Assembly: GCF_044704955.1 (NCBI RefSeq)
Contig: NC_091990.1
Location: 156,612,001 to 156,676,000, forward strand
DNA: 64,000 nt
Reading direction: 5' to 3'
From: Pristiophorus japonicus
Taxonomy: Eukaryota
Shown here: positions 23,219 to 37,266 of the stretch, piece by piece
Layout: the number at the start of each line of letters is the position of its first letter
Position numbering within the stretch: the stretch's first letter is position 1
Program-made: the position numbers and the translations under genes
Notes under the pieces: model-generated
Database searches by the model: none
What the model saw: the letters and a program-made list of their open reading frames with translations, nothing else
What the model was told of the DNA's origin: nothing

Positions 23219-24824
23219 CTAGTCCAAAAAAAAAGTTACATATGAAATAAACTATATAGAATCAGAAGTAAGATGCTTTCATTCAAAATGCCATTGATCT
23301 CCAACAGAACAATTACTCGTTATTCAATATCTTACTATTCAGTTATTATGTGGCATAAATAGTTTTTAATATTTGCAAAAAAATGAATTATTTAACACAG
23401 AATGAGTATATGAATGCTGGAACTCTGAGCTAAGAACAGAAAATGCCAGAACTGTACAGCCAGGCAATCAATCGCTGAAAGGGGAACAGCAGGTTAATAT
23501 TCTAAGGGTAGATTTTTTCAATCCTCACACATGTGGCAAAGTATCTCACACGTCATGAGAGCGCATTGGAAGATCATGGAAACAATCGTGAGCACAGACC
23601 TTCTGATGTAGTACCTTGCGGTAAATGCTAACCAATTTTTCACTGACAGAACTGCTGTACAATTTCAGATGTTCCTGAGAGTTTTTCACTGGCTTACTTA
23701 AAACATTTATTTTTGAAATTTATGTATTTAATAAAAAGCAGTGTTAAAAATTATGCTGATTTTAGGAACAGATGGTACCATTTTTCATTCATCTCATTAA
23801 TTTATTTGCCAAATAAGAACATATATTTCAAAGGAGTAAATTGTATTTTGCCTAATAATCTTAACTCAAATCTACTGGACATTAGTTTGTGCTGTGCCAA
23901 ATGAAGATTGAGATTGAGGGTTTAATTAGCCAGCTGCGACTGAATTGGACCATAATAAGAATTTGGTAAATTATTGCTAACCCATTACATCTTAGAAGAC
24001 TTTTGTACCTCAACTAATTGTTTTAGTAGACTTATATTTGTTTACTTGACTATTTATAGTTCCCCTAGCCAACATCTGTGGTTGAATCTACTAGCACATT
24101 AAACATTATGACATTATCAATGTATCTGAAATTGAGATTAACTATCCTTATTTGAAACCAAGAATTCTATATCCAAGTTATATTTGATATCATTGCATTG
24201 CTATATCCTGCTGTTTTGTTCCAGTCAGATGTTGCCCTTGATCCCATAACCTCTCAACCAATTACAAAAATGTTGCCATGCATACTTATATGCGTAAGAG
24301 ATGCTCTAATCTAATAACATCCCAGGATAATAATCTAAATATACATTGGTGGCAGAAACTTCACCCAATGGCAGCTTATATTGTACAATTGCCCTCAAGG
24401 TAATGTTATTTATATTTTTGGAGTAAGAATATAAAGAAAGACTTGCATTTATATCGCGCCTTTCACGATCAACGGACATCTCAAAGTGTTTTACAGCCAA
24501 TTAAGTACTTTTGGAGTGTAGTCATTGTTGTAATGTGACTCACGTACCTTCCTAATAACCCCTATATTAGGGAGTTACCCATTACTTCAGATTTACATGA
24601 TATGGTTTTTAGTTCTAACAATATTTAAAGGACCATGGGGGTCATTTTCAATTTATCGCCAGAATGTAAACTGGTGTTATGGGTTAAGAATCCATTATAG
24701 AAATTTCCCAATTTGTCTTTCCATTGATTTCATGAAGAAAGATGGGAGTTCCCATCCACTTTGAAGAACAAATTTGATTATATTTACTATATTGGCTATT
24801 ACATGTTCTAAAATAACACCTCAA

Positions 24825-25652
24825 ATCATAGAATCATAGAAGGAGACTATTCGTCCCACTGTGCCTGTGCTGGCTCTTTGAAAGTGCTAAACAATTAGTA
24901 GCATTCTCCCACTTCCCCATAGCCCTGTAAATTGTTCCTTTTCAAGTATATATCCAATTCCCTTATGAAAGTTTTGAAAGTTACTATTGAATCTGCTGCT
25001 GCCACCATTTCAGGCAGTGCATTCCAGATCATAACAACTTGCTGCATAAAATAAATCTCCTCTTCTGGTTCTTTTGCCAATTATTTAAATCTGTATCCCC
25101 GGTTACTGATCCACCCATCAGTAGAAACAGTTTCTCTTTATCTACTCTATCAAAACCCCATATAATTTTGAACACCTCTATTAAATCTCTCCTTACCCTT
25201 CTCCACATAACTAAAGTTCCTCATCCCTGGTACCATTCTAGCAAATCTCTTCTGCATTCTTTCCAAGGCCTTGACATCCTTCCTAAAGTGTGGTGCCCAG
25301 AATCGCACACAATGGGGTGGAACTTAATCTTTGGTGGTGGCACTAAGTAGATGGTATTGAATTGGCCGCCCACTATACCCCCCACCAGATAGTCAGTTCC
25401 ATTCACTTCATTAGAACTGAATATCAAGTGAGGCATATAATAGGCAGCCAATTCCGTGCTGCCCATTTAGGCAGCCAATTCAATGTCCCTCATGTTGTCC
25501 TACCATTCAAGATGAATTTCTACCGCAATACTCCAGCTGAGACCTAACCAGTGATTGATAAAGGCTTAGCATAACTTCCTTGCTTTCATACTCTATGCCT
25601 TTATTTATAAATCCAAGGCCCGTATGCTTTTTTAACTGTTTTACCAACTTGC
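24825..25652 (-). mobile_element. Old CR1 3' fragment interrupted by a MITE
   Basis: ATCATAGA-type tail; WNALP...RELDIYL peptide (ORF 24895..25080). Confidence 0.75.
25314..25526. mobile_element. 213-bp Harbinger-like MITE
   Basis: TSD AAT (25311-25313 / 25527-25529) restores CR1 CACAATACTCC; TIR GGGGTGGAACTTAATCTT / AAGATGAATTTCTACCGC. Confidence 0.75.
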
Positions 25653-26111
25653 AAATATAGACTTAAAAATAGCTCCATTATTAATCTTTTAAGTAATTTG
25701 CCAGATTATTTTTTTAAATAATACGGGAACTGATCGCTTTTGTGTAATAAAAGTTCATAACAATCTAGGATTAGTAAGTTATTTTGCAGGTTATCAGTAC
25801 TGTATTTTCAGAAATGCAATGTTTATATTGATAATCATATTAATGATTAAACAACAAAAGTAAAATAAATTACTATTTTATGAAAGAAAGACTTACATTT
25901 TTACAGAGCCTTTCATGACCACCAGATGTCTCAAAGCGCTTTACAGCCAATGAAGTACTTTTGAAATGTAATCACTGTTGTAATGTGGGAAATGTTATTT
26001 TATTTTAATAAAAGAAACTAGTGTTCTTTGGTGTATTGAAGCTTATTGGCCGATATGTATTTAAGGCATGTTGGTCAGCAATTATCTGCTTCACTGGAAT
26101 ACAGAACCTAC

Positions 26112-26198
26112 CATACACATAAAACACGGAGGGCCATCCAGTGTATTGCACTAGAATCCCAGCTAAAGGCATGGCAATTACAGCTCCAGCATAAGAAC
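26112..26198 (-). CDS. SLC17A6: VGLUT2-like exon 6 ([29 protein letters not shown])
   Basis: Hand translation; CTTGCAG acceptor, GTAGGT donor; 87 nt; intron 5 is only 115 nt. Confidence 0.95.
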
Positions 26199-26313
26199 CT
26201 GCAAGAAGATCAATCTCAAATCAACAGGCAAGTATGACCCCATTCAAAGGTTGCACTTCAGCAACATTTTATCCATTTTTTAAAAATTACAGGAGAAACA
26301 AAAGGCTAATTAC

Positions 26314-26401
26314 CACAAAATGAGGTGGTTGCCAGCCTGCTTCTCTCTAATGGTGGAGCCCATTTACTCCATATGCCATGGCAGGCTGGATACGTGACTC
26401 C
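26314..26401 (-). CDS. SLC17A6: VGLUT2-like exon 5 ([30 protein letters not shown])
   Basis: Hand translation; TTTGCAG acceptor, GTAATT donor; 88 nt. Confidence 0.95.
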
Positions 26402-27097
26402 CTGCAAACACACATCATTTATGTTTTTACACAGAGGGTGAGTGTAATTTGTTATCAGTCATCTAAGTAAAAATCAATACATTTACTCTTTTTAAATTAT
26501 TGATACAGATGAAATAGAGAAATCAGCAGTCGAAAATTTTAAGAGATGTGAATGTATCTTGCAGTTCAGTTACTATTATATTTCTACCCAAGAACACAAC
26601 TATATCTCGAGTTTACATTTCCTTTTTTTGTCAACAGACCTGCGTGTAACCAGATATCTGTATTCCTGCAAAAAATTCTGCAAGAGCCAATTGAATCATA
26701 ATATTAATTAAAATATATGCATGTAGTTAAAGCTAATAGTTGCCAATGAGTTCAGAAACATGACAATATATAATCGGTAATAAAACGTCAACAATTCGAA
26801 GATAAAATTAACAAAAAGACTGAAAATGCTGCAATTATTAAATGAAAATATAACCGGCTGGAAACACACAACAGGTCATTCAACATCTATAAAGAGACAA
26901 AACAGGTGTGTTATGATGTTTGGGGAGTAAAGCCTTCATCAGTTTAAACTGGTAATGGGCATAAAGGGCAAACTGTAGAATAATGTCTGAGGGAGTGTAA
27001 TTTTTTTCCAGACCTTACTACATTGTATTGTGAGCACTCTGTGGGCTTCTGTGAATTAATCGATGTTGCTCCAATTACCCGGGAGATTCAAACATAC

Positions 27098-27212
27098 CTC
27101 GACCAGTCCCTGCAGGATCCTGATGAACATCACGAAACCATAGTGCACTTTAGCTGCAGATGGGATGAGCATATTGAAAGTGGAGGTGAGAAAGATGGCA
27201 GCGCCAAACACT
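27098..27212 (-). CDS. SLC17A6: VGLUT2-like exon 4 ([38 protein letters not shown])
   Basis: Within ORF 27056..27259; TTTCAG acceptor, GTATGT donor; 115 nt. Confidence 0.95.
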
Positions 27213-28784
27213 CTGAAACAGAGCCACAGAAATATCCTCATTATACACATTCTCCTCACAGACGTTCATTAACTCTTTCCAATATTGCTCTCTGAGACAC
27301 ATTCCTTCAGGTCAAGATATTTCACTCGGTCGCGCCCAATATTCTTCACAATGACTATTTCCATCACTTTGTACAAATGCACTGGGGTTTCTGCATGGTG
27401 GTCGTTCTAAGGGGACTGTTAGGACGTATTGTTACCAGACTGAATAGCAGATAAATTAGGTAACAGATTTTAAAATGTTTCAATATTCTGTAGTTAATAG
27501 CGACTGAACAGCGCCTGAAGCTGTTTCGTGCCGCACATACAATCCTTATATAAAAATTGAGTTTTCTTTAGCTTTTCCAGTTTAGTTTATAACGCGGCTT
27601 CTCACAGACTACACAAGACTGATTCAATCAGCGTTGCTTTTAACATTGTCTGAGGAAAAGTAATGTAATTGAACCAAGGAATTCGTAATTGTCTACCAGG
27701 TCCTCATGTTGCCGTGTTATCCAATTATCCCTTTCACCCACAGTTTCAATATTGCCAAATCAATGGCGTTAAACGAGTAAGTAATCCTTAACATCGATGC
27801 TTACATGTGTCATCTGGGTTACTATTCAATTAATAAATATCACAATAATGAATAATATCATAACAATAATAATGAATATCATAATAATTGCGCACTGCGT
27901 TTTATTTGGTTCCCTTAAACCATATCTGTTTGAGTGCTATGTGTGTGCGATGATGGAGGGCCCAGGTTATAACTTCACATTCACTGTATCACCATTGCAA
28001 ACCTGCACTCACTTAAAGCAGAGCTCCTGAAAACAATCCATTTGAAATCTGCACCCAGCTCCTTGAAGTTTCATCGGTGATTCAGATAATACTTTCCCAC
28101 AGCTGAGACCACTGGCGAATGGGTTATTACCCCAACCCCCACCAAAAAAAAGAAATCTCAGAGTGAATCATTCAAATTGTAAAACCGATCTAATTATCTG
28201 AAATGTAAATTGAACGGGTTTCGAACATATGGCGTCGCAATATTAAAAATTAAAAAGGAAGTGGACCTCAAAGATCCTAGATGTTTAATCTGTGCAACAG
28301 GAATACATTTTTAACAGCTCAACGTGTACTTCCACAAAGCTTTTGAATGGAATACATAGAAGGCAAATTGGGAGCCAGATGGGCCCTAATATATAAATAA
28401 ATGTATATGCTCAATCAAAACTCATTGGCAGATGGTTCAAATTCCTGCTGAATGGGCAGCTCCTGTGCAAAATGAAAGCTGCATTCTGATGAACGATTTA
28501 TTTATACATAAATGTATTTTATTTCTACTATAGTGCAGTGAATTCGGAAACGTGGCCAGACCAAAGTCTCCCCCAATTTCAACATAGGAATCCAATGTAA
28601 AAGCATAATCCCGATATCAATTCTTGGTACCTTACCTATGTTTCGATATTCAATTTATTGTTTGAATGTATTTAACCGTACAAACTATTTGTGGTTAAAA
28701 TTGTGTTGAGTTTGCTCGAACCGTGAGATCAGCAGTTTGCTTTGTGAATAAGCCAATTAATCTAGAAATATGTAGATGGCTAAG

Positions 28785-28872
28785 AGGAGAGACAGAGAGA
28801 GATAGATAGATAGCTAGATAGCTAGATATACAGCCAGACAGACAAGCAGACAGACAGAGAGATAGATAGATA
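28785..28872. repeat. Compound (GATA)/(GACA) microsatellite
   Basis: Read directly from sequence. Confidence 0.85.
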
Positions 28873-31796
28873 TGCCTTGTCGTGATAAGTTTCACGCCTT
28901 GCTTATTTTATGAGATTGGGCTAAATGTCATGAAATTTATAGAATCAAATATTTTCATTTTAGCGGTTGTGTATTTAATATGGTGCTCTGTGTTTCTAGT
29001 CAGTAATTGTAATTAAAATGGCAATTTAAGCGAGGCACATTGGATGGCCGGCCGGTGCTGCACCTGTTCACATCAAGCCCAGCAATACCGCAGGGACAGT
29101 GACTGCCGAGAGGGCGAGTCTTTCGGGGTAAATTGCAATCTTGTTAACATGCTCAGGTTGCTTCCACGCATACTGTACGTAGCCTGGGGAACCAACTACA
29201 GAGCTAGAGAGACGAAAATCGGATAAAATAACCGAGCGAGCAAGGAACCATTGCCTCGGTTCCTTTGTGATTTGAGGCAGACTGAAAGCCTCCCGGGATA
29301 GTCTCCATCACAGAAATTACAGCAACAAACCTCCGAATACAGGATAAATAGCGTGGAATACAACGCATTGCTTCCATGGTAAATGAAATAAAACCATGTC
29401 CATCTCTCTCACTTCTAGAAAGACAAATCAAACGAGAATACCAGAGAAAGGGAACTAGACTGTTCCATCCTTATACACTGAAATAAAATTAAGTTTGTAA
29501 TTTAAATTTCTTTTGATCTGACATGAATATATATATTCTGCAAACAAATATGTTGCCTCATAAACTCGCAGCCTAATCTCAGTGACTGATGATCTTTGGA
29601 AATATCCAATAAATATGTAAATACTTTTCTGGCGTCAGTGGACAGTAAATCTTTACACCGGCGACTAAATAATTAATGATAATGAATTAATATATTCATT
29701 GGTGATGTGGGGCTGCAGCTTTTCCATCTCTACGGCAAAGCATCAAGGAGTAGAACGATTCCCGTGCCATCTCGGCGCCCTAATCTTTTACAAATATATT
29801 CTAATCCTAACGTGACCTGGCGACGTTACATGCCAAGAAATCGAACTGAGCTCTTTTTCTAGAATGACACTGAAAGAAAAAGACAGTTCTAACAATCATT
29901 TCTTTACAATCTTAAACTGATAGTGCGATCTTATATAATTATGACATAACATGTAAATCGCGCACTAAGAGTGAAGGTAGGCTGACACGGGGAACTTCTG
30001 TACATATTATGCTACAGTCACCTGTAGCAACTACAAGGTCCAGCAGTAATTCAACACCTTTATACAGGAAAGTCAATTCGATGTAGGCACATTGTTAGAC
30101 ATTATCGCCGTGTTCTGCTAACTTAGGTTTTCTCCAAACTACACTCTGGAACAGATTATTACCTCTGCTGATCTAACCCCCGCCCCAAGGTCGCCTGCCT
30201 TACTATTAATGCGCACTATATACTAAAGCTTCTGCATTTCATTAAATGGGATCAAGAGGCCGGATAAGCTTTTCGACCAACCACAATGGTTATTATTACT
30301 GCACCGGTAAGTTGTTTTTTTTAAACCCACTCAGGATGCAATTGTAGTGCACTCATGGTGTGAGACTGGTACATGTTTGGGTGCATGCCCATCAGATAGA
30401 CCAGAGTTTTACTGTCTCTCCATTCAGCTCTGAAAACGGCCGCTCGCTCACCAAAGGTGCAAAGACCATTGATCTGGTCGTGATGGTGCACACACGAACG
30501 AACGAACCTTGGTTTAGAATGGTTTTCTAAAATTCGTTTGAATTGTATGATCTTCTATAACCGATACATTCTATAGCTCACATCTCCGAGATACTCGTCT
30601 ACTTTTTTAGTTTAATATTTGAGTAACTTGTTCATATGACATCCTGTTTCTAAATGAAATACACGAAAAATGATTTGAATAAATTATTGGAATATATATC
30701 AATATATTCCATAAGTGAAATTGTATGTAGTTTAAATAAGAAAACATTATTTAAAAAAGGAAGTAATCCTAGAGAATTTAATATTATTTCCCCGTTTCAT
30801 ATTTATCGATATTTATTATATATACACTTTTTGTCTTTTCACTACTGAAAATGACTGAACAGTAACAATTCACTATATAATGAATAACAGCAGTGTCTCA
30901 TATAAGTGATTTTTAAACTGGCTTGTAACTTCTGTTTGTATATAAGGGATCAATGACCAGCGATTTCATGCAACATGTGTAAGAAAGCCCCAAATCATTG
31001 CCTTTCTTTAAAGTGCTTTGATCACAGTAACTTGCACCTCGCACTGTTCACCATAACCCTGTCCACAAGCGAGAATATATGAGCAACAATTGGAATCCAC
31101 CCTCAGCACGATCTAAAATGGTTATAAAAAGGGAATTACATACCATGATACTAATAAATGGTAAATACATCTGAAATTGAGATTTAATTGCTGGACTACT
31201 CAAAAGATTTGTTCTCAAGTTTACTGAAGCTTTTTTAGGTCCACAGGGATTTTTTGTTAGAATATTAGCAAAAAAATGAGTAAACAATTGCGTGATACTA
31301 ATAGAAAATAGTACGGTACTTGTACGACTAATCTTCGTCTTAGTCCAATATAAAGTGTGCTGCCTGAAATTAACAATGGATTTTTTCCTTGTTAAGGACT
31401 GTTATGTCTTTGTTAAAAGCTAATGGAGATTGATTGTGCATCATGACATGGGGAGAGATAACTCAAATTCAGAACTTGAGGACGTTGTCTGAAGGAAGTA
31501 AGCATCTCTGTCATTTTATGTTTGGGAACTGCAACATAACTGTTCATTTATTTAGATTTCTAATAAATTGAGTTTGGATCTGACTCTAACTCAGTTGGTG
31601 ATCAGTATTTTCATCTTATCTTGATTGTACTTGTGAAGTACATCAAGACAAATATGGACTCACTCTGATGACATCAGGATGGAGGAAATGATCTTTGCAA
31701 TTTATCACAGTCACGTATAGCAACATGGTTGCAAGTTGATGTGTGAAAATATGATTACAGAGCTCAGCTTTAGATTCCGGGCTGTTCGAAGAAAAG

Positions 31797-31863
31797 GACG
31801 ACCGACCGACCGACCAACAGACAGTCAGACAGACAGAACAGACAGGCATTCATTCATTCATTC
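31797..31863. repeat. Compound (GACC)/(GACA)/(ATTC) microsatellite
   Basis: Read directly from sequence. Confidence 0.8.
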
Positions 31864-34299
31864 CCATTTATTTCAGTGAGAAATACCAAAACTAGAAAAT
31901 ACAGCAAAAAAGAAAGGAGAAGCATGATATAGAGAAAAAGAAAGATAAACTAATAGTATAACTGGTTGGGATGAGGAGGGTGATGTATTAAGAAACTTGA
32001 TGAAATTACTAAATAAGAATCTAATAATAGGAATCATTGCAATGTTGTTCCATTTCACTATTTATGCTAATATAGTACTGGCACTTGTTAGTTATGCATG
32101 GGAAAAGCAAAATAATGTGATATGAGTTCATGTAGTTGGCTTGAAATATTTAGGTTGGTTGTGCCTGTGATAAGACAAGATTTGTCAGTAATCAAAATAA
32201 ATTTGCTGGCGATGTTGGGATAAATAAATATGTGTGTGTGCAAACTTGAGATCTAGATCAATAATTTAATATTGTGGTGGACAAAACAGAAACAACATAA
32301 GAAAAGGAAACCTCTATTGGGGGGAAAAAAGCACAGCAAAGGACAGAACATTTATGAGGAGTTTCTGACTATGTTTTGCGTGTAATGGCATGATCAGGAT
32401 GAAGCGTTAGAAAAAAGATTTGTATATAAAAGATTCTGCTAGCTCAACCACCTACAAACTAATTTTAGATTAAATATTTGAAACTACTTGTGAATGCAAG
32501 CATGTGTTTTGTGTGCGTGTATGTGTGAGTGTATATGTCTGTGTTGTGTGTTGGTCTGTTGTGTGTTGATATGTGTTTTTGGCAGGAAGGAGTTGGAAAC
32601 CTGAATGATGCTTGAAACTACACGGTGGGATAATAAACAACTGCTTTATGCATTTATCTGAAATTTCTCCCATCGCTCTTTTAGTGGAGGTGTTTTAAAT
32701 GGTTTAATGCTTATGTTCAAAAATATAGGCATTCATATCTATTATTTCATTATAATTTCAGGTTCCAAGTGCTTTCTTGTCCCTTCACCTCACACCTGTG
32801 GTTTTGAAGTTTGCAAAATAAAAATGTTGATGTGCATCTTCCTCTTTTAATTATTTTCATTGTCCATCTATTTAACAATTGATATTCTTGCTCTTTATTT
32901 TTCATAAGAATGGGGGAAGGTACTTTCAAAAATATGCTTCTAGTTCATGATAAATGTCAGCACAGATACGTAGATGTTAAAAAATTAAGTTATTTATAAA
33001 AGCACAATAATGAAAGATTTGATATATGCTTTAACATGTCCCTTTGTTAGTTGTATAAATATCTCAACCAATTGCCTATCTGCAATAGCATGTTCTTTTA
33101 TCATGAAATAATTCTACCAGTGGCCTTTGCCTTTGTTTATAAAATGTGGTTCATTCTTCTGAGTCCATACATGGAGTTGTTTACTGCTTTTATTGGGCCA
33201 TGACAATGATGGAGGAGGTTAATAGATAAGCTTTTGTTCTTCTTCTATATTCAATCTTCCTGTTTTTCAAAATGATGAGCATAATTGTGATGTGACAATT
33301 TTTGAGTAACAAACAGTGATCTGGGTTTTAGCTAATTGAACCAATTAGCACAGAAGTAGATGATGGAAATCTTACTATGGGCCTTGGTGGCACACTGGGA
33401 TTTTCTTTATTTTCATGAAACCTTTATAGACAAATAATATACACTCCACAATTGGCTGAATGAAGTTTCCATCATTTACACCAGTTTGTTGGCTATTTAG
33501 CTGCTTGAGTGGGACATTAGTTTTATTAGAATTCCCACTAAAAATAGTGTTTCATAAAATTGCCCATGGGGAAATTGCACGAATAGCAACCATTAAAATA
33601 CAACTTTTACCCCCACCCTCTTTAACGTTTTAATGAATCACACATGGCAGTCTATGTGTTATTCTATGTATGACACCTTGTGTTAGCTCTGTTATGTCTT
33701 TGTCATCAATGGATTAGTATAATTTATCAAGCTGCAGCAATCATGTATCATGTATTAATATCTAGGTTTGGAGCTCATAGACAAAAAAAGAAAAGAATCA
33801 TGGGAGTGATTGTCAGGTGGAAATATTATTCCAGATTTCAGATGACATTAATAACTACATCAATTGTGCTTTTGTGGTTTATCATGTCACTTAAAACATT
33901 CAAATTAGATTACAGCCAGGTACTGATCCCCAATCATCCCTTAGTCTCCATGTAATTAATTAAAATGTCAAATATAATACCGGATTTCTAGCTATAAATA
34001 TGCTTCATTTATACTGAATTTAACTTGGACGAATTATTATAGTTTCAAATCCTGTGTTTCCGATCCAAAACACACGAGTTCAGCGAATGACCCTTTGAGA
34101 ATGGTTAAGCTTGAGGGTATAAGTTAATTAGTTCTATTGAGAATGTATTTGTACATCTGACTCAACTACTTTAAGCGGCTATTACCCCACCCCCCGCCGC
34201 CCCATAGCATAGGTTCATTGGTGCTAGCTTGGGCACAAAGGCGATAGTTCCCTTTTCCAGGTGACAAAAGATTTATTGTAAGGAAGGCATATGAGTTGT

Positions 34300-34520
34300 G
34301 GAGGCCGGAAGGCTGTCTTAAACTTTCTTCGGGCCCAGTGGCGGAAAATCTCTGCGTTGTAAAATTACGCATGATTATACTGTTCACATGCTACCAATCC
34401 GGAACCGGAAGTATAATCCGTTTTCTATCTCATTCGCAAACCGGAAGGGGCTTATTAGAAGTTTTTGATTGGATAATGATGCACTGTGCCATGGATAACG
34501 TCACGGGGAGGGAGGGTCAC
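34300..34520. promoter_or_regulatory. Promoter-like motif cluster in intron 3
   Basis: CCGGAA x4 (34305, 34399, 34405 CCGGAAGT, 34441), CCAAT 34394, ATTGG 34468, X-box-like GTGCCATGGATAAC 34486-34499. Confidence 0.4.
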
Positions 34521-37093
34521 TTGGGATTCAAGCGAGGGGCATCACATTGAAATGTAAAGAGCAAAAATTGTATTTTAAAGCTAATCACAACGTTGCTTCT
34601 ACCTCTTGGGGATAGGTACACAAGAGGAAGAAGATGACAAGATACCAGTGGTTTATGAATGAACTAATTTGTACAAATTCATCATTTGTGGGTGTTGGTA
34701 GAGTGGAATGGAATTGCTCAATGTGAATTTACGAAAAAAAGGTTCTGCATATTGCGAAATAATCTGAAATTTGAATATCTCAATAATACCAATGAATGAT
34801 GGATACATTTAAATATCATATTCCAAATATGATACTGCCCTTTGTTCTGTGTTGTAAACAAGCAGAAGGTACACAAACGCACCGTGAATATACTCTACAT
34901 GTTTAAAGCACAATTCATATTTTCGTTGCAAAAATTGTTTTAAAGAACAAAATCGTATATTTATTCCACTTAATACTGCCCCCACTCGCCCCGCAGATTA
35001 ATATTGTCACATAATCTAGCATACGACCCGTACTGGTATAACAGAACATGTCAGCTGGACATCCCATTCATAATCAGTGAAAAAAAGCATGGCCATGAAC
35101 AATAAAGAGGAACTATCTCAAATTTAAATATAAGCGTTTGTTTTCTTAAGATTCGGTACTTCAAGAGCTATTTTTCAAACCTAATTGAATCTTGTATGAT
35201 TATTGGTATCATGTAGTATTTCTGTTTTGCTGACGTTACATTTAAATGTTATTCCACGGGTAACTGTTACGTATAAAGCTGAGCACTTCTTGGTAGAAAC
35301 AAGTGCAATGTTTTTTTTTGCAAGCTCTAAGTATCTAAAATGCTCCAGTGAAAGGTTTGGGTAAGCGTGCTTCAATTGGCCCGAACCTGGGACGAAAGAT
35401 TAATACATTGTTTTGATTTAAGTGTTTCGGTTCCCATGGAATTTCTTCGCAGCGATTAGTGAATATGTCTGGGCATGTTGGGAAATGTGTGTGAATTTTG
35501 TTTCGCTGAAGCCATTTCCCAAGTTTACTATAATTACCGTAAAAAATAGACGAATTGAGGTGGGGGCATCGACGGATGTTTGCTGTGCGCATATCCAGGG
35601 TACCTTATATCATCAGATTGGATACAGTTTATTGTGAGGAGTTCTCTTCAAGTTATGCCCCATCAGAGCTATTATACGAATAGGGGTATCATAGATAGTG
35701 CAGTCAATCTGCAATTGCCAGGTGACAGCGAATATTGCCACAGCAAAAAGAATTAGTCGGTTACCGTTTGTTGGAGATAATATGCTAAAAACTCAAGTTT
35801 AGAATTGTGCAGGCTGGAGGGCACGTGTACCTCGAATCTCTAGCAGTGCCGCTTTAACATGCTGGGGTTTATATAACAGACTGAGACTGGCGGGTATCAA
35901 TAATTTCCAACAGCTGCTTTAGTGAACAAAGCCAACAAGAGATTGCAAATCGTGACAAGAACCCTCATAGTTTGTTACAACCTCCTGGATTTGACTAACG
36001 AGGTAACAAGTAGTTACCCTGCAGGAACAGTCACCTTTGTTTAATCCGTGAAACTCATCACGAGTCTTGGTCTGGATCTCAACTCCGCCTATTTTCCACG
36101 GGGGACAGATTAAGGAATCCGGCATCGCGGTGTTACAAATGGTCTTCTGCTAATTGAGACAGACCGACCCCCCACCCCAGCTAAAAAAAATAATTGTAGC
36201 GAAATTGTTGGACAATGAGAATTCCCTCCGTACACAACCCCTGACATGACATCCGTTGCTTTAATATCTGATTTCACGATGTCTACCTGAATGTTTACCT
36301 CATAAAAACGTAGTATCGAAAATACGAGATTGTAACACGTTCAATCATAAAATAATTTCAGCGATTCCCCCCCCCCTCTTAAAAAGTCACATTTTGAGAT
36401 ATTTTCTGTGAAGTGAAGAGAAAAACTGTCCTCAAAATCATCGAGATTTGGCCGTTTTTGTAAACTCATTCTTGCACACAAACTCGTGCATATAGTCATT
36501 CCAAAGGACGTTTTGAAGTTCCCTGCTACATCGTCAAGTTGTTATTGCGCTCCAGTGATTGTCTTACAGAGCCTATATTCAGACACATGCAGCATTTAGA
36601 AAGATATCTCAGCGAAAGGGCCAGCTCGTTGGAGTAGAAGTTAAAAGGACGTGTCAAACACGCGCCCGTTTGCAGTTATTCTGAAAGTGAAACCAACTAT
36701 ATTTGCAAGAAATAATCCATTTGAAATTAGATAATCGCTCACAGATTGCAATGCTAAAAGTTCAATCACACCACATTCCAATAGGACAGCGATATTAATG
36801 ATTCATTCCGATAAGATTGGGATGTATGTTATATGATGTAAGGCGGATATATGAATATGTAAAGCACTTGGAAATTCTATCATAGACGAGTTAACGATTT
36901 ACGCAGTATTTTTGACAATTTGAGGCTTGTGTTTTTACAAATGTGTGCATGCATTCTTACAATTGTACCCCAACTATTTCCTGTATCTAATTCACATGGA
37001 CGTTGGAAACCCCTTTTCCATTGTTCCCAAACAATTTACGATCCAGTAACCAGTAATGTGTCAATGCATTTAACACCCAGTCCGCATGTATTA

Positions 37094-37266
37094 TACAGAA
37101 ACAGGCCATTTGGCCCAACCAGTCATTGCCGGCGTTTATGCTCCACTCCAGCCTCCTCCCGTCTTTCTTCATCTAAATCTATCAGCATAATCCTCCATTC
37201 CCTTCTCCCTCATATGATTATCTAACTGCCCCCTTAAATGCCTCTATACTATTCGCTTCAACCACT
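37094..37266 (-). mobile_element. Short CR1 3'UTR fragment
   Basis: ACAGGCCATTTGGCCC...TATCTAACTGCCCCTTAAAT, typical of the CR1 3' ends elsewhere in the window. Confidence 0.65.
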
